64,000 nucleotides of DNA from Octopus sinensis (Eukaryota): NCBI RefSeq assembly GCF_006345805.1, contig NC_043002.1, forward strand, positions 47,058,001 through 47,122,000. Reading direction: 5' to 3'. This document shows positions 12,576-25,600 of the stretch, piece by piece (position 1 is the first letter of the stretch; each line of letters starts with the position of its first letter). The notes under the pieces are model-generated. The model worked only from the letters and a program-made list of their open reading frames with translations, was not told where the DNA came from and made no database searches. The position numbers and the translations under genes are program-made.

Positions 12576-13295
12576 CAGCATGCTTTTTTTTTTTTTTTTT
12601 ACCAAGAATGAGATTAAGTTGTGTCATTTACATCCAACTTCCTTGTTACATCCTTCCATCTTTTCCCGAATATACTTCGCGACAGGTGTCTCCTCTCCAG
12701 CTCTATCTTGCTCTTCAGATGATATCTGAAGTAATGTAGCAAACTAGGGCCGGAGATGAAAGTTCTCGTCGCGACTCCTTTCATACTAGTTCTCCATACA
12801 CACTCTTTCAACACTGCGACTGTATATTAAAAAAAATGCCTCACCTTCTTTTAATAGTCCGAGTGGCTATCATAGGACTCAGCAGATAGCTGTACTCTTC
12901 CTAGATGCGACAACATGTCTTCTACGTAAATTATCAAGCCCGAAAGCTCCGAGCACTGTACAAGAGCGTACATAACGGTTTCATGGTCTTGCCCGCACCT
13001 TGGGCATGCCGGTGACACAGACATTCCATGCCTAGACAATTTGTTGCGAACAGGTAACGCGCTCCTGTAGCACTGCCAGGTCATGGATTTCTGGTAGTTA
13101 TCCGAGTACCCCGGCCTGAAAGTTCTATGAAACAGGTTGGTTAGCTGGCTCTCATCGAGCCCCAGAGTTTTTCCTAGGACGTCATCGCTCTTAAACTCTA
13201 CCAGCCCTCTATAGAATACCGAGGTGGTATTACCACTGCCGGTCTTGGCCGCCTCATGGATTAGCACGAGTGTCTGTCGGCACTCCTTTTTCCAT
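12576..13295 (-). mobile_element. L1/Tx1-clade LINE 3' fragment with poly(A) tail
   Basis: W.CYRSALPVRNKLSRHG..CPRCGQDHETV..ALVQC (zf-RVT-like); KECVWRT..HLKSKIELER; T-run on the plus strand at ~12585-12600. Confidence 0.8.
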
Positions 13296-14178
13296 TCTGT
13301 CGTACCAACAGTATAAAAAGAATGTGTTTATATTCTTCTTTAATCCATAGTGAGGTTTTGCAATACTTAAATTTAAGTATTTAAGTTTAAGGAACAGAAA
13401 AATCGATGTAGTTATTTGAAAAAAACAGTGATTAGGTTTTGAAAAATATATATTTGTTGTAATCTACAGTTGGATTGTTAAAACGTCCACTCCAGTATAG
13501 CAGTATAGTTAGTTAGACAAGTAAGACACGACTATCTATATGACCGACTACTACCCCCGACTGAGCAGACAATAAATTAGGCAAAATATGCGAACTGATG
13601 TTAACTGAAAATAAAGAGAATGCATATCGTATGACCTTACGAAAGTTGTTAAACGATCTTATAAAATTACGGGAACGATTCCCTTTTTCAACTACAAGAG
13701 AGAACATAAAGAAAGGGTTTGAAAAAATATAGTGTCACCGGCAGATCTAAAATAGTCCGACAGTGACAATATTTCTCCGAATGTAAGATAATACATCTTT
13801 CCTCTTTATTTTCAGTAATTGATATCACTTTACATATGTTTGTGTATATGTATGTATCCATAAATACGTCCGCACGTGCGCGAAAACACACACACACCAT
13901 CACACACATACATGTATGTATATGTGTGTGCATGTGAGTGTTTGTGCATAAATATGTATAAAGTCTAAAAATGGGGGGCTTTGCATTACATCTAATCTTT
14001 TATTAAGATTGCTTCAACAATACATGGTTCAAATAACTCACGTTTAATAAAATCTAATATATGATCGATGAATCCATGCGCATCTCGTTAGACAAAAGCA
14101 AAAGAAATCAATGTATATAATATATATATATATATATATAATATATATATATAATATATATATATATTATATAATATA

Positions 14179-14223
<45 letters not shown>

Positions 14224-14329
14224 ATATATAGTATTAATAATTATTTCTACCCAAGGCACAAGGCCTTGAAAATTTTGGGGGATGGGGGATAGTCAATTAC
14301 ATTCATCCCAATGCCTAAACTGGTACTTA

Positions 14330-14640
14330 TTCATCGATCCCGAAAGGATGGAAGGCAAAGTCGACCTCGGCGAAATTTGAACTCGGGACGTAGCGGTAGA
14401 CGAAATACCTATTTCTTTACTACCCACAAGGGGCTAAACACAGAGGGGACAAACAAGGACAGACAAACGGATTAAGTCGATTACATCGATTCCAGTGCGT
14501 AACTGGTACTTAATTTATCGACCCCGAAAGGATGAAAGGCAAAGTCGACCTCGGCGGAATTTGAACTCAGAACGTAATGGCAGACGAAATACCGGTAAGC
14601 ATTTCGCCCGGCGTGCTAACGTTTCTGTCAGCTCGCCGCC
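14330..14640 (-). mobile_element. SINE family 2 copy just upstream of the host gene start
   Basis: Reverse complement of the 757-1150 element. Confidence 0.85.
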
Positions 14641-14859
14641 TTATATATAGTATTCATAATGTTGAAGAGAGCGAGGATTTTCACATCCATAATTTTATTT
14701 ACCGGTTATTTACAGCATCCTTTACTAAACCTACGCGCGTTTCAACTGCATTAACTACACATTGTTTGATATGCGATCTGGTATCATGGTCGGTGCAATA
14801 TCATCAGGGTCCTACTCCATTCCGAAGTGAACGCCGAATATCGTGTCATTAACCTTGAG

Positions 14860-14893
14860 ATGTCCTCTCATACAGGCGCATGGTGCATTGCTG
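14860..14893 (+). CDS. Host cysteine-module gene, putative coding exon 1 (MSSHTGAWCIA-G; first half of signal peptide)
   Basis: ATG at 14860 with in-frame TGA upstream at 14767; donor G|GTATGT; phase-1 end joins exon 15159 to give a signal-peptide-like N-terminus MSSHTGAWCIAGHILLLVAG/SR. Confidence 0.65.
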
Positions 14894-15158
14894 GTATGTT
14901 TTCAGACTGATTAATTCCAGTAAATTGAAATCACTTGATATAAGAGTTCCGGCGCCATTCTCGTCTACTACGATTTATGTCTGCGCTTTTATGCACTATG
15001 CTCTTATATGAGGCGTTCTAACAAGACATTCACGTTGGATATAAAGTTGGATATAAAGATTACCTTTTGATACTGGTAACATTTCTGTCGTCGCTAATAA
15101 TTATTGTATGTGTGTGTGTGTTTGTGTATCACAAATTTTTATGTTCAGAATAATACAG

Positions 15159-15264
15159 GTCACATATTGTTGTTAGTTGCAGGCAGTAGACACATGCGGG
15201 AGTTGCAAGAAATGTTCTCAATGTGCCGCAGTTCTCTAGATGCTTATTCCACTACAGATTGTCA
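15159..15264 (+). CDS. Host gene exon 2 (GHILLLVAGSRHMRELQEMFSMCRSSLDAYSTTDC-Q), type A, phase 1 to 2
   Basis: Acceptor atacag|GT (in-frame alternative AG before 15183), donor CA|GTAAGT; open frame; ends Cys + 2 nt like all type A exons. Confidence 0.8.
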
Positions 15265-16454
15265 GTAAGTATATGTATATATAAGCATAAAACATGAAAA
15301 AAGTTGACACTAAAAGAAAATCACAAAAACATATAAAGTACACTGAAAATTAAAGCACATAAAACACGCTAAAATACAAAATACACACACACACACACAC
15401 TTGTACATACAGACACCCATCCCACGTATTAATGTATACTTTTCTTTGTAATTAAACAATAACTGAATCTAAACGCAATGTATGGAAATCATGAACTACT
15501 TGATACTGAGATCCCTTCTCAACCTCCTTTGTGCAGACCGAAGTAATGCTAAGATGCAACATACTATTAACTGCGGAAACTTCCAGAAGAAAAACAAATA
15601 ATTGATTAATCAGGCTGCCTTGATGGCCACATTCAGGCTGTTTTCCCTTAGCACTTGGTATTTTATATCATACACTGAAGGTATAGAAGTATTTGTTCAT
15701 AATTATGTGGACTCTAGAGAGTGTAGAATCTCTGATGGACGAGAATACGTATTTGGCAGTAAGTCGTACGCACTTGGTCTCCATCAACTCTCATGTATGC
15801 CCACGAGAAACTGTAACATGCACAATCAGTTAGCACAATCTACTAAACCACTTGAACAGGCTGTCTAAAGGAGAGTATCCAACAGATGTTAAACCATCGA
15901 AAATAGGGAACTGTTCATATCTGAATGCAAAAACTGTTTTATCACGCTGGTTGGATGAAAGTAATGAAATGATTCAATGGTTCAGCAAAGTACTGGACAT
16001 AAGACACCTTAGAACAAAAAGAAAAGACATGAACTTCACTGAAACTAAAGAAATAACCAGTTCTAATATATTACTGAGTCAACTGGACTCTGGCCTTTAT
16101 GACCACGAACGTAGGGTTTATCTTGTGCAAAATGTTTTCAATCTAAAACCACCAGGGATAAAATTTTGAGTATCTCTCCATTTTCCCTTCAGTTAAAGAT
16201 TCGTTATGATAGGGAAAGAACATGGCAGCAAGTGGGACAAATACTTGAAGTCATAGTTTTGAACTTGCACACTGGTGGTGTGTGGCTATGTGGTCTCTTC
16301 TCTGTCCCGATAGAAAGGAAGTTAGATATACTCTTTGGGGTAGTGATGTTCATTAGTAATGTAAAGGGCTTGTAAAGGTGTGCTAACGAGCCAACGGTCA
16401 CTGAATTGCTTGGAAGCAACCAAATCTGCTTCGTATTATCATACCTTAGTACAA

Positions 16455-16850
16455 GGCGGCGAGCTGGCAGAAACGTTAGCACGCTGGGCGAAATACTTAG
16501 CAGTATTTCGTCTGCCGTTACGTTCTGAGTTCAAATTCCGCCAGGGTCCACTTTGCCTTTTATCCTTTCGGGGTCGATTAAATAAATACCAGTTACGCAC
16601 TGGGGTTGATGTAGTCGACTTAATCCTTTTGTCTGTCCTTGTTTGTCCTCTCTGTGTTTAGCCCCTTGTGGGTAGTAAAGAAATAGGTATTTCACATGTT
16701 TTTACGTTCTGAGTTCAAATTCCGCCGAGGTCGACTTTGCTCTTCATCCTTTCGGGGTTGATAAATTATGTACCAGTGAACCACTGGGTTCGATGTAATC
16801 GACTAGTCCCCTCAAATTTCAAGGCCTTGTCCTTTCTGTAGAAAGGATTA
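16455..16850 (+). mobile_element. SINE family 2 copy
   Basis: Matches 757-1150. Confidence 0.85.
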
Positions 16851-18409
16851 TCATACCATAGCATCTTTAAAAAAAAAACGGACCTTGATCAGGCCTGACT
16901 TGAGGTCGACAAGAAACTGCAACAACAGAAACAACAACTGGCCAGCTTATCACAGCTAGCAGTTAGTCTAATTTTGTGGTCAAGATGAAATGGAAGGAAA
17001 GACAAAGAAAGTACTTATCGTCACGCATAGAGCATCTATACTTGAATAGACTGATACAATGCAAATCCTCTCAAGAAAACAGTCCTTGTAACTATGAAAC
17101 TAACATAGTACAAGATTAGTATGGATGATTTCACTCTTTGAACCAGATGGTGGCTACACATCTTTCAGGACAGATAGAGAACGAAGATCAGATTCATGGA
17201 ATTAGATTGTGTTGTATACACATCCCGGTAAAAAGTGGTAGGCGACAGTCATTATTATAGACCAGTAGCCGGTCGTCAAGGTGGGGGTCGAGAGTCGAAG
17301 AGTTGAAAGTCGACAGTTCTAGTCGGTGTTTTGTGGAGCTAGCAGCGATAATAAGATAGAAGTTAGTGTATCACTATTCCGGTTCGAAGAGATACAACGG
17401 TATTCGATAACTAGTAACCACTGTGGCTACTAGCGTAAACAGCAATTACAGTACAACGGCAGTCACACATCACACTAGTTGGAGGAATCCACTTTACAAC
17501 AGGTTAGCCATTAGGAGTAAACGAATGGTTTAAAAAATTTCGTCACTTTCATTGCTACCTTGACAAACAACGAAGAAATTATACATAATCTTTCCTGCTC
17601 AATAAAGACAATGATAGTTATAAGCGTGTCCTACTGTAAATTTAGATGTCAGTGCTACAAACGAACTATGAAATCTCACAGAAATGAGGAACAAATGGAA
17701 ATAGTTTGTTCGTTAAGAATAAGTGTGTAGGGAATCACCACAGCATTAGCTAGCTTTTCAGAATAACCAATAACTATATTTTTTCATGAATACATCCCAG
17801 GTTTTGACAACGATATCAACTGATTGTTATTTTTTCCTGTAGACGAGACACTGCGAGGTAATGATCCTCAGAACCATGTGGTAAGCATAGTGTTGGAATA
17901 ACCAAACTAATAAAGTTGATATTCAGTCTCTAAATTTCCGCGATGAATTTCAACGAAAGAAAATGGAAACTGAAGAATCTTAGCTGAGGAATGTGGAGAC
18001 TGAGACTCGAGATTCTCTTTCAGTTACGATAAGTTAAAGCAACCAGTCACCATGGAGATATTCTGGTTGCATCAAGACAATACAGAAATGGCAATGGACC
18101 ACTGATAAGAGATCCAGATGAAAGGTGGAATTGGTGGATGCTCGATACAGACATAGGTTAAGCAAATCTATAATAAAATGTTCAAAATTGAACACTTCCG
18201 TCTTTATTCTAGACATAATATTATTCAAAGTATAATTTTTTTAAAGAGGTTACGGAGTTATTTGAGGGATGGTCAACTCACTCACTGTTTCTGTATGCCT
18301 GTCATTGAACAAAAAGGATAATATTTAAACTGAATGTTATAAGTAAGAAAGTAATATTGAAGGCGTCTAGTATCTGAATTTTGCTAACCGTTGTTAATAA
18401 TTTTTACAG

Positions 18410-18498
18410 ACGTGCACAGAATATTCATTTCTGCACTGAATTGCTCAATGGGCGAATAGGAAGTCGTGGAAACCAAGAACTTGATCGCCTGAAATGCA
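18410..18498 (+). CDS. Host gene exon 3 (RAQNIHFCTELLNGRIGSRGNQELDRLKC), type B, phase 2 to 1
   Basis: Acceptor ttttacag|A, donor A|GTAAGT; only the phase-2 frame is open. Confidence 0.8.
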
Positions 18499-18744
18499 GT
18501 AAGTATATAATTCAAACTTCTTGTATTCGGTTCTCATTTATGCAGTGACACGGGACATCATACCCTAATTAGTAATTATTGCATAATATACAAATTCGAA
18601 TTACTGGAGAATGTCTGACTCTGAAACACATTCATGATGAGATCAACTTTCAGTTAATATATAAAGCAGCAAAATATTTACACTAAGTTGAAGGCTATAT
18701 ATTGCATGTCCGTAAACTAATTAGTTCGCCTGTTGCAATGGGGT

Positions 18745-19060
18745 TTGTTGTTGTTGCTGTTTGTTCCTTCCCGAGCCATGCCTGGCTCATAAGGGTCAGT
18801 TTCCCGGTTTCATTGGCGTATATGTTCTCCATCTGGACGGGACGCCGGTCTGTCACGGGTAAGCTGCAAGATGCAGGACGAAAGAGTGAGAGGAAGTTGT
18901 GGCGAAAGAGTCAGCAGAAGTTCGCCATTACTTTCTGCCGTAGCCGCGTGGAGCTTAGGTGTTTCGCTCATAAACACACACATCGCCCGGTCTGAGATTC
19001 GAACCCGCGATCCCTCGACCTCGAGTCCGCTGCTCTAACCACTAGACTATGTGCCTCCAC
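18745..19060 (-). mobile_element. tRNA-derived SINE (family 3) with Pol III A/B boxes
   Basis: Minus strand gtggaggcacatagtctagtggttagagc...ggttcgaatctc; shares its 3' part (ccatgagcctggc..) with the 57492-57720 copy. Confidence 0.75.
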
Positions 19061-19773
19061 TGCAATGGGGTAATTTGACAAAATAAATTTCGGGCATTAT
19101 TTACATTTTTTTTTCAAATTGGGCTGATAACATGCAAGTGTTATACAGCAAAAAGTAGTCCTTTGCTAGTTAAGCCTGTAATACAGTTTTGCATCTTGGT
19201 GCCTAAAACAATTAGTGAAAGTTTGTTGCATGTCACCAAATAATACTCGCTTGTGACTGACGGGTATAGTTTGCACACATGTGTGTGCGTGTGTGTATAT
19301 ATGTTTCTATGAACATATATAAGTACAGGCGTAGCTGTGTGGTAAGAAGTTTGCTTCCAGCCGCATGGTTTTGGGTTCAGTCCCACTGTGAAGCACCTTG
19401 GGTTAGTGCCTTCTATAACTTCTGGCCAGCGAAGGCCTAGTGAGTGGAGTGACTGACGGTAACTAAAAGAAGCCCGGCGTGAATATATACATACATACAT
19501 GCAATCGTCATTAAAGTGACTAAGGGTGCTAGTCAGCACCAGCATTGCTAGAAATAAGAGTCAAAACAACTCTTAGCCACGAGCAAAGCATGTATCTATT
19601 GACTGACATGTGTGTATATATATATATATAGAATAGTAGTACAATAATGCACTAATATTTACTTGGAATAGCAGTCGATAATATACGACGCTATAGTAAA
19701 ACGTCACTGTATATATATATTAATATATATATATATATTAATATATATATATGTATATGTATATATATATATG

Positions 19774-19853
<80 letters not shown>

Positions 19854-19861
19854 TATATATG

Positions 19862-22290
19862 TAATCACCCCCCTCAAATTAAAAATGCACTAGTGAGGAG
19901 CATTAGTCAGAGAATTTCTAGTTTATCCTCAAACGAGGAAATTTTTAACAAACACTGTGATAGATATAATGCAGCATTGCTTAAGGCAGGATATAAAAGT
20001 AAGATTTGGTTTATACCTAAGGGGAACCCCCCTAATGGAGGTAGAACTATCAGGAACAACACAAATAGATTTAGGATAATCAACAATATACATATGAATT
20101 GTAAAAATGGAATATATGATAACACCTATAATAAATGTAGAAGTGATGTTAACCTTGGAAAGGTGAACGGTAGCTCAAATAGATCTAAACATACGGGTAA
20201 TAGTAGGAATATTAATAATAATATACGAATTAAAACTTATGGTAGACATGATAATGGTAAAGTTTACTTGCGCAATAACCATGGTAATATTGATATAGAT
20301 AAATATAACAATGACAGTGGTAAGAATAGTAATCCTATGAGTTGGTCTACGAATAGGATTTTTACAAATAACATTAATTCTATAGGCAATCCTAATTCTG
20401 ATAAGGATACTCTTTGGTTGATTATCCCATATGCAATGCAGATTAAAACAAACATAGTGAGAGCTTTGCATAATGTTATTTTTAGGCATTTTGGTAAGGA
20501 TAAGAATAATTTAGTCCTTTAATTAACAACGGTACTGTTAGAGTGGGATATAGCATTACTCATAATCTAGCCACCATTATCTCCTCTTTTAATAACAAGA
20601 AACTGGATCACTTCTATAAGGATAGAAAATTGAATTTAGACCAGGTAAACTTGCCCCTCTTCATTAATAATAGGAATAGAAACTTTCTTGGAACAAATGG
20701 GAACAACCTCCTTACTAATAATGAGTGCACCATACCTGTCAGAGATAATATAATGAAATAGATCATACTACTACTACCAATACTAGTACTAGTGATAGGA
20801 ATATAGCCGATAATGTGAAATTAACTCATTCGTTGATTTTGGGTTTGGATGATGATAACAATTGTAACACTTATAATGTGAATAGTAGTATAGGGGTGTT
20901 GTCCAATTTTAGATTTCCTCATTCTGTTAATCTTTGTAATTTCAGAAATAAAAATAAATGTGTATTTGGTAATCAATGCCTCAGGAAGGAGGTAGTTTAC
21001 CAATGCACTGTAGATACACAATTGAGTAGTAGGGTGTATATCGGGGCAACTATGAATAGCATAAAACAAAGATGGAATTATCACAGATATACTTTTAGGA
21101 ATAAAAATAGAATGTACTCTACAGGGCTAAGTGCATACATTTGGGAGCTTAAAAATAAGAACTTAGATTTTAGATTAAACTGGAAAATACTAACTTCAGC
21201 ACCTGTGTATAATGGAAAAAATAAAAAATGCTCTCTATGTATTAATGAAATTTTCTTCATTATTAAAGCGGGTCGGCAAATTAACAACATTAATGAAAAA
21301 AACTTCTTTTGCATTCATAGGCTACCGTTCACCTTTTCTAGATTCAAATAGAACTTAGCACTTCCACTATTATTAATTTTTTAACTCCCTTCTTTAACTA
21401 AATATACCTGTGGTCTTCTATAATTTCTAAAGTATACAATTTATATATTTTATAATTTTATAATTTTTATAGCTACATTTGTATAACAATTAATGGATGT
21501 GTCTAGTATTATTGGTTTCTTGTTTTTTGTATGTGGGTTTTTGTTTGTTTTTTTAAGAGAATTGCAATATGACATAAAATAACATATTCATTTTGGTACT
21601 TGCCTTGTAATGTGTGATTTTTGAAGTTTTCCAATATTGCATAGTATATTGCATAGTATATATATATATCTTGGGTAGATACCTAGCTCTGGATAATGTA
21701 ATGATATTGTATAATATGTAATATATGAGAGCCTTTTGTGAGTTTGGTGGTTTAGGTTGAGATTATAGGTTTTTTGTATGTGTTTATTTGGAAGGTTTTT
21801 ATTGTATATTTGGTCTTTTTGTACTCACCTTAATTTGTATCTTATGCTATTCACTGATAAACCTTTTTCATTTTTTTCATTTTCTCATTTACATGCATTA
21901 TGCTTTATAATTATTACCAGCCTCATATATTTAGTTTATATCTATAGTCTTCTGGATCTGTACTTTAAACTATCCTTCCATACATATTTACTTTCAACAA
22001 TATAACATATATATTCACTCTATTTATTATTTTTTATTTATTTTCCATTTTATTGTAATATTATCAATTTTTGCATCTAGTCTTCTATTTATTTATTTAT
22101 TTGCCTATTTAAGTGTAGATGTTTACATACATATCAAGTCATCTAATTTGCTACCTATTTATTTTTTACTTATTTACTTATACTGGGGTAGTTTTATACA
22201 TACATATCTATCATTTATTTTTATTTAATTTTTAATAATATATGAATACATATATACTGGTTTGTACGGCGATGTTTCGTATGTCGTAGA
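19862..22290 (+). mobile_element. 5'-truncated Penelope-like element (RT thumb, Asn-rich linker, GIY-YIG endonuclease, 3' UTR)
   Basis: [28 protein letters not shown]; C..C..GNQCLRKEVVYQC..VYIGATMNSIKQRWNYH..STGLSAYIWELK..W.IL..CSLC..CIHR. Confidence 0.92.
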
Positions 22291-22646
22291 TCAGATTTCC
22301 GTCGATTTCCGTAAAAATTTTTTATTTTTTTACATAAGTAATGAGAGCGAAAGAGACTAAGAGGAAGCGATTTTACGACGATAAGGTTTCTCTTTGAAGT
22401 CGGCCTGTGTGCGTTTGATGGGGTGTGGGAGACAGACAGTATGTTGTGTAAGTGAAGTGCTTCTGTTAGTGTGTGCGAAGAGACAGAGAGAGTAATGTGT
22501 GAAAGAGAGAGATAACTGATTTTTTACTCGGTGTATGTGTATATGTATGTATGCATGTATGTGTGTGTGTGTGTGTATGTATCTATGTATGTGTGTGTGT
22601 AAGTATGTGTGTGTGTATGTATGTATGTATGTATGGCCGAAAGAGG

Positions 22647-25600
22647 GTGGGACATTGAAATTGTAGCAGTCGTTTTGATAGTGATTCCTTTGGTTGTTCT
22701 GTTGATGACAACTGATGTGCTTGCTTATATTAAGACCCAGAAGGATAGATATATCATTGAGAACAATAAATTTAGTTGATTTAGCTTATGGTGTACTAGA
22801 AGAGGTTAGAAAGGGTCAAGTGGTGAAGACATTATTTCGGCCTAGCTAAAGGCATCTGGAAAATGTAAAACTGCTGCCAGAGAATAACGATTCGCGACAC
22901 ATTAAACAAAAAAGGTTAAAACAATATTTTTTTTTCTTTTACTTGTTTTAGTCATTAGACGGCGTCCATACTGGAGTGCTTATTTTTTTAAAGTCTGGTA
23001 CTCGTTCTATCGGACTTCTTTTGCCGAACTGCTAAGTTATTTATTTTTTAAATGGCATCATTGAAATAAAAGAACAGTGGTGTGGGCTAAGTCGGTGGAG
23101 CGTTCGACAAAAAGCCACGCGCTCTTTTAGCTGTGTGTCCGAGGGAATTTCGAGTTGAGAATTTTTAGGGATATGTTTCCTTGCTTCAGTCAATAGATTG
23201 CGGTCAAGCTGGGGCACTGCCTTGTTGAAAAAATAGTCTTTCTTCTTCCAAACGTAATTACAAGTGTTCCAGAATATGGAATAATTCCTTAAAATAACGA
23301 AAGATAACGAAAAAAAAAAATTCATTTTAATTGTGGCAGTTATTCCGAAGGAGCGATGGTGGGAGGGGGCAAGTTTGTAAAAACATGAATTTTTGAAAAT
23401 TTTTTGTTACAGTGCAAATTACAGTGCAAATTAATCGCCATATGGGTGATCCTTCGGTATTGATCTGCATGAATGTCAGTCATTTACTCTCTTTATCAGC
23501 TTAGTCCCTTTCTCTGTCATTATTGAAAATTGTGTGGTGAATGTCTACCAATACCGAAAGATTGCTTTACAGGTGTTTTAGATTGTCTTACATGTGTTTT
23601 CTTGTAAAAATGACAGCAAAAAAATAGCGAGAAAAATTGAAGAAATTCCATTTTGTGTGAGACAGTTATTCGGAACGAAATTCTATCGTGTGCCTTAAAC
23701 ATTTTGAGTTCAAATCCCGCCACGGTCGAATTTGCTGTTCGTCATTTCGGGGCTCGATAAGATAGAGTACCAAGAGTACCAATCAAGTACTGGGGTAATC
23801 GATTGCTGCTCTTCTCAGGAGCCATAAACAAATACACGTTGTCAGTTGACGTAAACGGTACCAGAACCGTAACATCGCCTACTTTTCTAGTGCATAGTTT
23901 TCTAGTGTATATATATATATATATATATTGATTGATTGATTGATTGATTCTAGTTTCAGCTCATGAGCTGAGGCCATGCTGGGGCACCGCCATTTGGTGT
24001 TGCTACATGGTTTTACTTCACGAATGCTTTTTAGCAACTGCCATTTGGTGCATGAGAGAGTTCGATGCAGCTGTCCTCATCTGCACCTCCTGCCGTGAAG
24101 TTGGTTCATCTGGGACACCTGACAGGAAGAGATCCAGTTTCATTTTAAAGACATCTGCATCCACCCCATGCAGGTCTCTTAGGTTCTTCGGGAGGATATT
24201 GAAGAGCTGTGGGCCTCGGAAGCCCAGGCTATCACAGTATCTTGTCCTACATCTTGATGGCAAATTTGGAGTCCTAGGCACCACGTAGTGGCGCCCAGTT
24301 CTGGCATTTGTGTAACTCTCGATGCCAAAGTTCAGGACACTTCCCTCCAGGAGCTTCCAGATGTATATTATGGCATATCTTTCCCGCCTACGCTCCAGGG
24401 AATATAATTTTAATCTCTTGAGTCTTTCCCAGTAGCTTACATTCTGCATAGAGGCTATCTTCTTCGTGTAGCTTCGTTGGATCGCCTCAAGTTCTGTGAT
24501 CAACTTGACACTGGATGGTGACCATAGCTGAGAGCAATAGTCAAAGTGGCTTAAGACAAGTGTCTTCCAGAGGACCATCATGGTTTCTTGTTCTCTTGTT
24601 CTAAAGGTTCTAAGAATCCAGCCAGCCAGCCGTCCGTCTACATTTCATCGTCATTTTAGCAACATGTACATGAAAGGTCACGTCATCACTCATGTGAATA
24701 CCCAGGTCACGCACTGATTGTGCCTCTGGGATTGCAATCCCTCCGGGTCCAGTGTATTCATTGGGTATTGCATTCAGTTTTGCATGCTGATAGTATAAAG
24801 CTTGAAACTTTCCAGCATTGAACTGCATGCTATTCTTTTCAGCCCACTTGTATATTTCGTCCAGCTCACATTGCAGGTGTTTAGTGTCCTCAGGGTTCTG
24901 TATTGCCTGTGAAACTTTTGTATCATCTGCATAACTTGTGATCGTGACTCTCTGCGTGGCTGAGGGCATGTCTGAGAGGGCCATTATGAACAGTAGTGGT
25001 CCCAGAACAGTGCCCTGCGGAACACCGCTCACTATTTGTGTGTTAATGGAGGTGGCCCCATTGGCTACTACCACCTGACTTCTATCCTTCAGAAAGTCAT
25101 GAAGCCATTCTCCCAGTTTTCCAACTATGTTGAGATCACGCAGTTTGTGACATATCATTCCATGATCGACTTTATCAAAGGCCTTTGCAAAGTCGAGATA
25201 TATCACTTCCACATTTGAGTGGTTGAGCAGCCGTTTCAGCACCCAGTCATAGTGTTGTAGGAGCTGAGTTAAACAGCTTCTCCCTGGTCGGAAACCATGT
25301 TGGGTGTCGGGCAGCAAGTCATTCTCTTCAAGGAAGGTGATCAGCTTCCTTCTGACTATTCGTTCCATGACCTTGCTGATGTGTGAGGTCAGAGAGATAG
25401 GTCTATAGTTCTTGGCTTCCGCTCTGCTACCTCCTTTATGAATGGGGCATATTTTACCTTCCTTCAGTTTTCCTGGAAGTTTGCCAGCTGCAAGGAAGCT
25501 CTGAAAGAGGAACTGCAGTGGTCTTGCTAGGACTCTCTTACATGCTTTTAGGAGGATTGCCGGGAATCCATCGGGGCCAGTAGCTGAGTCTGTTTTCATT

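Noticed and set aside
17205-17475. Possible solo LTR (TG...CA)
   Set aside because: No target-site duplication and no second copy in the window.
18980-19060. tRNA-like sequence with A and B boxes (also 560-627 and 57492-57560)
   Set aside because: SINE heads continuous with SINE bodies; no complete cloverleaf acceptor stem, so not called as tRNA genes.
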